A stretch of DNA of 32,000 nucleotides from Deltaproteobacteria bacterium. GTDB taxonomy: Bacteria; Desulfobacterota; Binatia; Binatales; Binataceae. Location of the stretch: contig JAFAHS010000399.1 in NCBI GenBank assembly GCA_019237115.1, positions 52,018 through 84,017 of the forward strand, given 5' to 3'. Positions 24,485 to 32,000 of this stretch are shown in pieces (the stretch's first letter is position 1; every line of letters starts with the position of its first letter). The position numbers were made by a program, and so were the translations under genes. Below the pieces are notes generated by a model, which saw nothing but the letters and a program-made list of their open reading frames with translations, was not told the origin of the DNA and searched no databases.

Positions 24485-25312
24485 TTATGCTTTCTTGGCG
24501 AACGGACGGTCGCGCTCGGTGAGCGCGGATTTGAGACCCCTCTCGCGGCTCGCCTTCATCCAGTTGCGCACCGTATCCGTTTGGTGCGCGATCACGTCGA
24601 TATCGGCCGAGGACTGCTCGGCCGCTCGGATGCCGAGAATGTCCAGGTAGCGGTTCACCGCCGCCTTGTGCAGCATCAGCAGCTCGGCCGGTACCAGAGC
24701 GACGCGCCGCGCGTACGCTAGGGTTTCCTCCTCGAGCTTCTCGCGCGGATAGACCCGATTCACCAGGTGCCATTCCAGCGCTTCCGGGGCGCTCATGTAG
24801 TCGCCGGTAAAGAAATATTCCTTGGTTTTGCGCGGACCCATGAGCACCGGCCACATGGAAAGGGTTGGCAAGATTCCGAGCGCGCGTCCGGCGGGATGCC
24901 CAAACTGCGCGTCCTCACTGGCAAACACGATGTCGCAGTGGCCGATGAATTCGGTGCCACCGGCCAGACAGAATCCATGGACCTGGGCGATGGTTGGCTT
25001 GGGCAAACTCCACAGCCGCTGCCAGCGTTCGATGGTTCGGTGCAAACCCAGCCGGTCGTTGGTAACGGTAAAAGTCGACCCCGGATGCTGGGTTCCCTGC
25101 AGATCGTAACCCGCGGAAAATGCCCGGCCCGCGCCGCGGATAATCAGGACACTCGCCTCCGGGTCGGCGGAATACTCGTCCATGACCTGATCAAGCTCCG
25201 CCAACAGCTTCTGCGAAAGCGCATTGAGCTTCTCGGGGCGATTCAGCGTCAGCCGGAAAATCTTGTCTTCGACCTTTTCGTAGATAACGGTCTCGTAGCT
25301 GGCCATTTCCAA
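24485..25312 (-). CDS. Enoyl-CoA hydratase/isomerase family protein
   Basis: 'FRLTLNRPEKLNALSQKLLAEL', 'VLIIRGAGRAFSAGYDL', 'KPTIAQVHGFCLAGGTEFIGHCDIVFASEDAQFGHPAGRALG' are crotonase signatures. Confidence 0.95.
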   Translation of the reverse strand: MEMASYETVIYEKVEDKIFRLTLNRPEKLNALSQKLLAELDQVMDEYSADPEASVLIIRGAGRAFSAGYDLQGTQHPGSTFTVTNDRLGLHRTIERWQRLWSLPKPTIAQVHGFCLAGGTEFIGHCDIVFASEDAQFGHPAGRALGILPTLSMWPVLMGPRKTKEYFFTGDYMSAPEALEWHLVNRVYPREKLEEETLAYARRVALVPAELLMLHKAAVNRYLDILGIRAAEQSSADIDVIAHQTDTVRNWMKASRERGLKSALTERDRPFAKKA

Positions 25313-25321
25313 ACCTCCGCG

Positions 25322-26161
25322 CTAGTTGGCTGTGAGAAAATCGATCGCGACCCGGGTTGCCTCCTGGGGCGCCTCCCAAAAAAACATGTGGCCGATGCCC
25401 TTGAGGATTTGTTTGCGCGAACCCGCGATACCCTGGTTAAGCAAGTCCGCGTTCTGCACCGGAACGATGGCGTCGTCGTCACCCTGAAGGATCAGAGTGG
25501 GCATCTTGATCTGCGCCAGCCGTGCATAGCTGTCGAACCCGCTGATCGCACCGAACTGCCGCATGAAGGTGTGCGGCGGGGTTATCGGATACTTGGCCGA
25601 CTCGATTAGTTGCTCTTCGATGAATTTCTGACCCGCCTCCGAGGCGGTGAATGCCTTTCCGCATGCGACTGAAAATGCGGCACGGGCGGCATCCGCGGGC
25701 GACATCCCGGGCTGCGGCATCAGCCTGGCGAGGTCTTCCGGTTTGCCCGGAATCGAATGCGATATGCCGCAGTTGGTGCAGCCCAGCACCAGGCGCTGGA
25801 CGCGCTCGGGGTAGGTCAACGCGTATTCCTGCGCAATCATGCCGCCCATAGAAATGCCAAAGATGTGAGTCGGCGACAGCTTGGCGTGCTCGAGAACCGC
25901 CGCAATATCATCAGCCATGTCGCGCAGCGTCCAGGCAACGTCCGGCTTGTCGCTCTCGCCGGTGCCGCGGTTGTCGATCACGACCAGCCGGAAACGATTC
26001 TCCAGCAGGTTGAGAAATCGTTCGCTCCAGGCGCGTCCCGAACCACTGAATCCCATTATGAGCGCTACCGGTGCGCCCGACCCCCGAACTTCGTAGCGAA
26101 GTTTCAAGCCGTCCTTGTTGCGCGCAAACTCGCGTATCCCCACGCTCAAATCTCCAATCAA
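25322..26161 (-). CDS. Alpha/beta fold hydrolase
   Basis: 'RLVVIDNRGTGESDKPDVAWTLRDMADDIAAVLEHAKLSPTHIFGISMGGMIAQEYALTYPERV' (nucleophile elbow GISMG), 'MPTLILQGDDDAIVPV', C-terminal 'GIGHMFFWEAPQE'. Confidence 0.95.
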   Translation of the reverse strand: MIGDLSVGIREFARNKDGLKLRYEVRGSGAPVALIMGFSGSGRAWSERFLNLLENRFRLVVIDNRGTGESDKPDVAWTLRDMADDIAAVLEHAKLSPTHIFGISMGGMIAQEYALTYPERVQRLVLGCTNCGISHSIPGKPEDLARLMPQPGMSPADAARAAFSVACGKAFTASEAGQKFIEEQLIESAKYPITPPHTFMRQFGAISGFDSYARLAQIKMPTLILQGDDDAIVPVQNADLLNQGIAGSRKQILKGIGHMFFWEAPQEATRVAIDFLTAN

Positions 26162-26199
26162 CCAATGTGGCGGAACAGTAGCACGGGCCGCCGCAAAGG

Positions 26200-27057
26200 T
26201 CAGACGATCCAGCTTTTCGCCAGCTCCTCCAATTCCGCGTCGTATTTGTCCGCCGCCAGCGTGGGCGGGAATAGAACCAGTCGATGTGCGCCCGCGGCGC
26301 GGTAGGCCTCGACCGCTGCCCGCGAATCTCCGCCACCCACCGGCGAGAAGATGGTTATTTCAAGCTTCGAAAAATCGCGATTCACATCCGCGCAGAGCTG
26401 ACGCAGCTTCGCCAGTTCGGTCTTGAGATCGTCCGGCTTGAGCGCGATCGGGGCCCATCCGTCGCCAATCAGCGCGGTGTTGCGGAGCGCACGCTCGCCA
26501 CCGGCTCCGATGTGCACCGGCGGATGCGGCTTTTGCGCCGGCTTGGGATTGCTGCGAAGCGCCGGGAACTTCACAAATTCCCCTTCGAAGCTTGCTTCCT
26601 CTCGCGTCCACAGTTCCTTCATCGCGCGGATATACTCGCGCGTCATCGGCCAGCGTCGGCGAAAATCGACACCCATGATCTCGCTCTCGTCGCGCAGCCA
26701 GCCCGCGCCGATTCCGAACAACATCCTCCCACCCGAGTAGTAGTCGAGGGTCGCGACCTCTTTGGCCAGGTTGAAGGGATCACGTTCAGGGACCAGGCAG
26801 ATTCCCGTACCGAGCTTGATGCGATTGGTCGCGCCGGCCGCGAGCGCAAGTCCCACGAACGGATCGATCATGTGCGAGTAGACTTCCGGGATTTTGCCGT
26901 CGCCCCGTGGGAACGGAGTCTTGGGGTTGACCGGCATTATCGCGTGCTCGGGCAGCCAGAATGACTCAAACCCCAGAGCCTCGCACTTGCGCGCGACCGC
27001 AACCGGATGAGCGGTCGACGACGCCACGAACGCCAGCACTCCGATTTTCATGCTCAC
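26200..27057 (-). CDS. LLM class (F420-dependent-type) oxidoreductase
   Basis: 'VARKCEALGFESFWLPEHAIMPV', 'IKLGTGICLVPERDPFNLAKEVATLDYYSGGRMLFGIGAGWLRDESEIMGVDFRRRWPMTREYIRAMKELWT' is typical luciferase-like monooxygenase family. Confidence 0.94.
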   Translation of the reverse strand: MSMKIGVLAFVASSTAHPVAVARKCEALGFESFWLPEHAIMPVNPKTPFPRGDGKIPEVYSHMIDPFVGLALAAGATNRIKLGTGICLVPERDPFNLAKEVATLDYYSGGRMLFGIGAGWLRDESEIMGVDFRRRWPMTREYIRAMKELWTREEASFEGEFVKFPALRSNPKPAQKPHPPVHIGAGGERALRNTALIGDGWAPIALKPDDLKTELAKLRQLCADVNRDFSKLEITIFSPVGGGDSRAAVEAYRAAGAHRLVLFPPTLAADKYDAELEELAKSWIV

Positions 27058-27375
27058 CTCCGCCCGCGTGGGTAGAGGTACTAGTAGCGCGAATCGAACC
27101 GAGGGGGGTATCGAAACGACCGGGCCGGAGTCTCAGCGATCGCGGACGCGACCGTCATCGAGAGTCGTACACCGCCGAACCCTCGACGGCGCGTCCGGGC
27201 TCCCTGCACTCACTCCCAATGCTCAACAAAGCCCGCTCAACCACGACGACGTCGCACACCTGATGGCCAGGGTGCGCGCACGGCAGTCTTCACCGACGCC
27301 CCTTTATCTCCGAGGTGGTTGTACGGCAACGAGAGAGCTGTGGCTTTTGAAGCCGACCTTGGTTTTGCGTACCGT

Positions 27376-27615
27376 TTACAGTTCGCCGTTGAGGGCCCGC
27401 GTGGCCATCACCAGCCCGGTGGCACCCAGGGTGGAAACCATTATCGCGCTGAACAGATGATGGGCATGCACTCCGAACACGGCAAATGTCCATCCGCCCA
27501 CGATTCCGCCGAGCAATCCGAGCAAGATGTCGGCAATTACCCCGTAGCCTCTTCCGCGGATCAGCTTTCCGGCCAGCCATCCGGAAATGAGTCCGACTAA
27601 AACCGACGCAATCAT
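27376..27615 (-). CDS. GlsB/YeaQ/YmgE family stress-response membrane protein (transglycosylase-associated)
   Basis: 79 aa: 'GLISGWLAGKLIRGRGYGVIADILLGLLGGIVGGWTFAVFG...FSAIMVSTLGATGLVMATRAL'. Confidence 0.9.
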   Translation of the reverse strand: MIASVLVGLISGWLAGKLIRGRGYGVIADILLGLLGGIVGGWTFAVFGVHAHHLFSAIMVSTLGATGLVMATRALNGEL

Positions 27616-27882
27616 CTATGCTGCACACTCCTTTGTTGTGAGCCGGCGTCGAACCGGCTGCACAGGACTAACAGCAAAAGGTCTGCCAAGTTTCCCGATA
27701 AGCAGATCCGATGAAATTTGCGCGGTACTCGGGCGAAGGTGCCGTAATCTCACTGCGGTAGCGCCGCGTGGCCGCTGCTTTCACCAACCCGTCAGGACCT
27801 CAAGCGGTCTTCGAGGCGGGCAGCCTGGGCCCTGCCGATTCTTCGTTCGGAGAGAGGGAAACCGTCCGTGCGGAAGCGATGC

Positions 27883-28356
27883 CTACCCGCCGAAAAAATC
27901 CTTGGCGTACACGAATCTGCCCACGCCGGCGGCGCGGGCCGCCCGTTCGTCGACTTCCTGATCGCCGACCATCGTCGAGGTTTTCAGATCCACGCCGTAG
28001 AGTTCCGCGAGCTCGCTTACCATTCCGCCCTGCGGCTTGCGGCAATGGCACTTGTCGGCATCGTCGTGGGGACAGATTTGCCAGGCGGTGAGAATACCGC
28101 CGAGCTGGTTATCGAGTTCGCTCAGCGCGGCTTCGACCGCGGCCATCGTAAAGCGTCCCCGCTTGATCTTGGATTGGTTGGTCACGATGAGCAGCAAGTG
28201 ATCCCGAATGGGGGCCAGCTTTTCCGCGACGCCCGGGAGCAACTCGACAACGATCCTGCCCCGGGCATCAACCGGCAGCTCGTTATCGCGGTCGAGCCGC
28301 ACCAGGGTGCCGCCGAGGTCGAGAAACAACCCCTTGTTTCCGGTGATGTCTGCCAT
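27883..28356 (-). CDS. HAD-IIIA family, GmhB/HisB-N-like phosphatase homologue with altered motif I
   Basis: 'KGLFLDLGGTLVRLD', 'LLLIVTNQSKI', zinc loop 'CPHDDADKCHCRKP', 'STMVGDQEVDERAARAAGV'. Confidence 0.85.
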   Translation of the reverse strand: MADITGNKGLFLDLGGTLVRLDRDNELPVDARGRIVVELLPGVAEKLAPIRDHLLLIVTNQSKIKRGRFTMAAVEAALSELDNQLGGILTAWQICPHDDADKCHCRKPQGGMVSELAELYGVDLKTSTMVGDQEVDERAARAAGVGRFVYAKDFFGG

Positions 28357-28381
28357 CAGGTTCGTCAGCCGATGGCTATCT

Positions 28382-29740
28382 TCACGCGGCGCGCCAGTCC
28401 AGGTGATCGCGAACGTGCGCGAAGACCTCGTCGAGGATCGCCACCCCGGTCTCGGCCTGTTCTTCGCTGATGACCAGCGGCGGATTGATCCGGACGCGCG
28501 GAAAATAGGTCATCGTGATGACTCCGCGGCGTAGTGCTTCGAGGAAAATCTGCTCGGTCACCCTGCGGCTTAGGGGTTCGCGCGTCTTGAGATCGCGCAC
28601 CAGATCGATTCCAATCAGCAGCCCTTTCCCGCGCACGTCGCCGATGAACTCGTACTTCTCTTTGAGCGTGTTCAGGCGGTGCAGCATCTGGCCACCGATT
28701 TTGCGGGAGTTGTCAACGAGCTTTTCATCCTTGATGATCTTGATGGTTTCGGCAACCGCCGCCGCGGCAAGTGGATTCCCACCGTAGCTCGAGGACGACG
28801 CGCTGGGCTTGCCGAACGGCTCCGACTTGCCGAGCTGCTCGCTCATCAGCACCGCGGACACCGGAAAGCCCGCGCCCATTCCCTTGCCCAGGGTAACGAT
28901 ATCGGGCTCTACCCCGGTATGATCAATGCCCCACATCTTGCCGGTGCGACCAAAGCCGGTAATCATTTCGTCGGCGATGAGCAGGGCGCCGTTTTCCTTT
29001 GCGACCGACTTGATCGCGGGCAGCCAATCATCCGGCGGGATTACGTTGCCGGCGGTCCCCTGCATCGGCTCGACCAGCACGGCCGCGACTTCTCCTGCCG
29101 AGGAATTCTTGATTTGGTCGCGCGCAAACTCGACGCACAGCAGACCACACGAGGGGTGCGTCAACTTGAATGGGCAGCGATAGCAGTCCGCATAGGGGAC
29201 CTGGTAGCGTCCGCCAGGCAGTGGTCCATAACCCTTCTTCGACTCGTCACCAATCAGGCCAAGTACCCCACCGGTCTTGCCGTGAAATCCTCCCCAGAAG
29301 CTTACGACCTCGTGCTTCTTGGTCGCGGAACGGGCCAGGCGCAAGCCCGCCTCTACCGCCTCGGCCCCGCCGCTATACAGATGCGAACGATTCAAACCCT
29401 TCGGGGCAACCTCCGACAGCAGCCTGAAGGCCTCGCTGCGTTCCCTGGTGGCAAAGGTTCCAACCGACAGGCGTTCGGCCTGTTTGCTGATGACTTTCGC
29501 CATCCGCGGATGTCCATGGCCGAGGCTTGCCACCGCGATGCCTGCGTAGAGATCGATGTAGGTATTGCCGTCGGCGTCGGTGAGGGTGGCGCCTTCGCCA
29601 TGGTCCAACGCGATGCCTGCCAATTGCGAGACCCGTTGGCGCCCGGATGCAACGTACTTCTGTTCTTCGTCGTAGATCTTGCGGGATTCAGGTCCTGGAA
29701 TAGCGGTCTTGATGGAGTGCAGTTTAACCTTCGGTGTCAT
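28382..29740 (-). CDS. Class-III aminotransferase (4-aminobutyrate/acetylornithine aminotransferase-like)
   Basis: 'GNTYIDLYAGIAVASLGHGHPRM', 'LYSGGAEAVEAGLRLARSATKKHEVVSFWGGFHGKTGG', 'LLIADEMITGFGRTGKMWGIDHTGVEPDIVTLGKGMGAGFPVSAVLMSE'. Confidence 0.95.
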   Translation of the reverse strand: MTPKVKLHSIKTAIPGPESRKIYDEEQKYVASGRQRVSQLAGIALDHGEGATLTDADGNTYIDLYAGIAVASLGHGHPRMAKVISKQAERLSVGTFATRERSEAFRLLSEVAPKGLNRSHLYSGGAEAVEAGLRLARSATKKHEVVSFWGGFHGKTGGVLGLIGDESKKGYGPLPGGRYQVPYADCYRCPFKLTHPSCGLLCVEFARDQIKNSSAGEVAAVLVEPMQGTAGNVIPPDDWLPAIKSVAKENGALLIADEMITGFGRTGKMWGIDHTGVEPDIVTLGKGMGAGFPVSAVLMSEQLGKSEPFGKPSASSSSYGGNPLAAAAVAETIKIIKDEKLVDNSRKIGGQMLHRLNTLKEKYEFIGDVRGKGLLIGIDLVRDLKTREPLSRRVTEQIFLEALRRGVITMTYFPRVRINPPLVISEEQAETGVAILDEVFAHVRDHLDWRAA

Positions 29741-29782
29741 CAGCTGTGCGCGTCACGCCCTTCCCAAACTTGGTGCTAGAGG

Positions 29783-30604
29783 CTACCGCGCACGAGCAAG
29801 CAACGAAAGGGCCCGTCGTGCTATCGCCCGGGCGGCGGGGGCGCGCACCCGGCTGAAGCTCGGCCAATCGTTGAAGTCGACTATCGCAAATCCGCGCTCA
29901 TCCAGAATGGCATCACCGCCCCAGACTTCCAGGCCAAGCGCGGCAGAGGCTTTACGCGCCGCCTCTGAAAGCTCGCGAACCGCTGCTTCCGGAATTTCGC
30001 CGGCGGCCGGCAGGGCGGTGAAGTACGCGCCGCCACCAACGCCGTAGAATTTGATGAGCGCTCCGGGGCATTCCTGCTGTACGTAGGCACGCCGCACACC
30101 GCGGCGCGCCAGGGCGTTGAGCTGGACCTCCACCTGCCCCTTCCCGACTGCTCGCTGCACGTCCTCCTCCCCCAGCGCATGCAGATCACCGCGCTTGACG
30201 AACACGGGCAGATCGAGATCGATCGCCCCCAGCACGCGGTGGTCGAGCCGTTCGTCGGTGCGAACCAGCGCCCCGGCCGGCGTGGGAACACCGGCCCGGG
30301 TGAGCCCCGGTGCCAGCAGGTCGCGATAGCAGTTGCGGATGGCGAGTGCCGAGTTGATGGCTACCGCACCGGTGCGCTCGACCTCCGCCAGGCGCCGTAG
30401 CGCCGGCTCGCTCTGGCACATCGCGAGCACCAGATCGGTGCTGACTTCGTGCTGGTCGAGAAACTCCCCGGGTGTCATCGCCCGGGTCTCGACCCCTTCC
30501 CGGCGCAATTCGGCCAGTGACTCTTCGAGGATCGCAGCGTCAGCGGCGACCTTGCCCGGCGAAAATTCCCGCTCGCGGTAGATTCCGATTGTTCGATAAC
30601 TCAT
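29783..30604 (-). CDS. ATP-grasp domain protein (putative carboxylate-amine/thiol ligase)
   Basis: 273-aa ORF: 'INSALAIRNCYRDLLAPGLTRAGVPTPAGALV...DLDLPVFVKRGDLHALGEEDVQRA...RRAYVQQECPGALIKFYGVGG...LGLEVWGGDAILDERGFAIVDFNDWPSF' is the ATP-grasp layout (K...QE...D.N). ATG at 30604, 2 bp from the upstream stop. Confidence 0.85.
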   Translation of the reverse strand: MSYRTIGIYREREFSPGKVAADAAILEESLAELRREGVETRAMTPGEFLDQHEVSTDLVLAMCQSEPALRRLAEVERTGAVAINSALAIRNCYRDLLAPGLTRAGVPTPAGALVRTDERLDHRVLGAIDLDLPVFVKRGDLHALGEEDVQRAVGKGQVEVQLNALARRGVRRAYVQQECPGALIKFYGVGGGAYFTALPAAGEIPEAAVRELSEAARKASAALGLEVWGGDAILDERGFAIVDFNDWPSFSRVRAPAARAIARRALSLLARAR

Positions 30605-30606
30605 TG

Positions 30607-31311
30607 TCAACCCGCTAACATCCGGCGCGCGGCCTCGAGGTCGGCGGCTTCGTCTATATCGATCGCCCCTTCGACTTCGATGGCAGCGAGACGAACTTGT
30701 TCTTCCAGCAACATCTGTAGGAACGCCCGCAGAGCCGCCAGTTTGCGTTCGCGAGCAGCCGCCGACCACCGGAAGATCGTGGTCGGCAACCAGTACAATC
30801 CGGCGGTGACCAGCGAAGTCTCGCGCTGTCCCAGCGAGGCTATCAACCCCGTGCTGGTTACTTCTGCAAAGAGCGGTTTGCGGTCGCCGCGCCATTTCGC
30901 AACCGCCAGCACCCCATCCGCGAGCATTGGGAACCTCGAGGCGCGCGCCTGCGTAACAAACCGACGAAACTCGGGGTCCGGAACCATTGCATCGACGGTG
31001 GCAAGCAGAAAATCTCCCGCCGGCAACGCCTCGCCCAGCACCAGCAGCGATTCCATCGAGCTTTGCGTGTCGCGAACAATCAATCGCAGCTGCCGGGGAA
31101 AGCTGCTCCCGCGTGCCAGCGAAGCGGTTTCCGAATTCACTATCGCGAGCACCTCCCGCGCGCCCGAGGACACCATCGCGCCCGCCTGGCGAGCGAGCAG
31201 CGAAACACCGCCAACCTCGACCAGCGGCTTAGGCAGTTCCACGCCGCTGGAGGCTCGCAGTCGCTCGCCCCGACCCGCGGCGATTATCGCGCCCTGGAAA
31301 CCGGTCACCAT
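30607..31311 (-). CDS. Sugar/alditol-phosphate-type nucleotidyltransferase (NTP_transferase, GT-A fold)
   Basis: 'GAIIAAGRGERLRASSGVELPKPLVEVGGVSLLARQAGAM', 'DFLLATVDAMV'. ATG at 31311 is preferred over the track start at 31401 and overlaps the upstream HAD stop by a few bp. Confidence 0.85.
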   Translation of the reverse strand: MVTGFQGAIIAAGRGERLRASSGVELPKPLVEVGGVSLLARQAGAMVSSGAREVLAIVNSETASLARGSSFPRQLRLIVRDTQSSMESLLVLGEALPAGDFLLATVDAMVPDPEFRRFVTQARASRFPMLADGVLAVAKWRGDRKPLFAEVTSTGLIASLGQRETSLVTAGLYWLPTTIFRWSAAARERKLAALRAFLQMLLEEQVRLAAIEVEGAIDIDEAADLEAARRMLAG

Positions 31312-32000
31312 CGCAGGTTCTCGAGTTCGCCCAAAGAGGCGATCGTATAGTCCGCGCTCGCACAGTACCGGCCGTCGGCCGACCCCCCCGCGCGATACCA
31401 CACGGTGGTAAGGCCCAGCCGGTGCGCCGGCTCGCAGTCCTTCTCCGGCGAATCGCCCACCATCGCAGCGGCCGCCGGTGGCACGCCCAGCCCGCGTAAC
31501 GCCGCCTCAAAGATTCCCGGTTGCGGCTTGAAGATGCCCACCTGACTGGAATCGGTAATCGAGTCGATCATCTTCTTCATGCCGGCTTCCTGCAAAATCC
31601 GCTCGAGATTTCCGTAGAAGTTAGACACCACCCCGATCCGAAAACGCCGCCTGAGCGCCTTAAGAGTTCCCCGATTCGCGTCCAGGCCCTCTCGCGTTGC
31701 GCCGATGAAGCCTGCGGCAATCTGCTCGACGGTTCGATGGCGCCCCTTGGCATCCGATGAAGCGAACCTCGCGCGCAGCCACTGCGGACCTTCCTGGGCG
31801 AGAAACTCGACCTGATTGCCGACCAGGAAACGGATCAAATCGACCATCCCGAAACGACGGATCACCCTGCCGGCCCGGTACCCCGCCCGAGTTGCGTGCT
31901 CGAAGGCGCCATCCAGTTCCTCGCGCGTAAGGTCGATTCCCGCAGCTCGATACTGGGCCAGGAACCGGTCGAGCCAGTGCAGCGGCCCATCGAGCGTGCC
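31305..32000 (-). CDS. HAD family hydrolase (5' end beyond window)
   Basis: The reading frame continues past the track ATG (31865) to the window edge as 'GTLDGPLHWLDRFLAQYRAAGIDLTREELDGAFEHATRAGYRAGRVIRRFG...'. Also 'FRIGVVSNFYGNLERIL' and 'GIFKPQPGIFEAALRGLGVPPAAAAMVGDSPEKDCEPAHRLGLTTVWYR'. Confidence 0.88.
   Translation of the reverse strand, partial: GTLDGPLHWLDRFLAQYRAAGIDLTREELDGAFEHATRAGYRAGRVIRRFGMVDLIRFLVGNQVEFLAQEGPQWLRARFASSDAKGRHRTVEQIAAGFIGATREGLDANRGTLKALRRRFRIGVVSNFYGNLERILQEAGMKKMIDSITDSSQVGIFKPQPGIFEAALRGLGVPPAAAAMVGDSPEKDCEPAHRLGLTTVWYRAGGSADGRYCASADYTIASLGELENLRW

Noticed and set aside
26961-27460. Overlapping plus-strand ORFs between the LLM oxidoreductase and the GlsB-like gene
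   Set aside because: No family similarity, Ser/Arg/Thr-rich translations, partly antisense to real genes; more likely intergenic.
27634-27655. Small inverted repeat AGCCGG-CGTCGAA-CCGGCT upstream of the GlsB/YeaQ-like gene
   Set aside because: Short palindromes are expected by chance at this GC content; no adjacent promoter elements could be supported.
1-32000. CRISPR arrays, tRNA/rRNA genes, transposases, phage genes or known anti-phage systems
   Set aside because: No direct-repeat/spacer periodicity, RNA gene or transposase/integrase motifs were seen by eye. A tRNAscan/Infernal run would be needed to rule out small RNAs formally.

Overview
High-GC bacterial chromosomal segment, densely coding. 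No rRNA, tRNA, CRISPR array or transposon was recognised. Left part: M50 metalloprotease, scpA, scpB, dnaB, rhomboid protease, dienelactone hydrolase, small lipoprotein, nitroreductase, VOC protein with a clear rho-independent terminator, UPF0182 membrane protein, and a DUF1232-like protein. Middle: a translationally coupled TPP-dependent decarboxylase-like enzyme and acyl-CoA synthetase. Next comes a tight three-gene unit (about 14243-18275): a GT4 glycosyltransferase, a very unusual membrane-embedded class-III aminotransferase, and a PEMT-like phospholipid N-methyltransferase. Right part: AhpD/CMD-like protein, lipoprotein, DedA, large GT-C-like membrane protein, an EmrB-type MFS gene interrupted by an apparent internal deletion/frameshift, enoyl-CoA hydratase, alpha/beta hydrolase, LLM (F420-type) oxidoreductase, and a GlsB/YeaQ-like protein. 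The window ends in a minus-strand five-gene biosynthetic-looking cluster: HAD, nucleotidyltransferase, ATP-grasp, class-III aminotransferase, GmhB-like HAD with an altered catalytic motif. The best candidates for undescribed biology are the aminotransferase-fusion/PEMT/GT4 operon (proposed modified amino- or glycolipid pathway) and the terminal five-gene cluster. All functional statements rest on motif recognition from memory, not on database searches.
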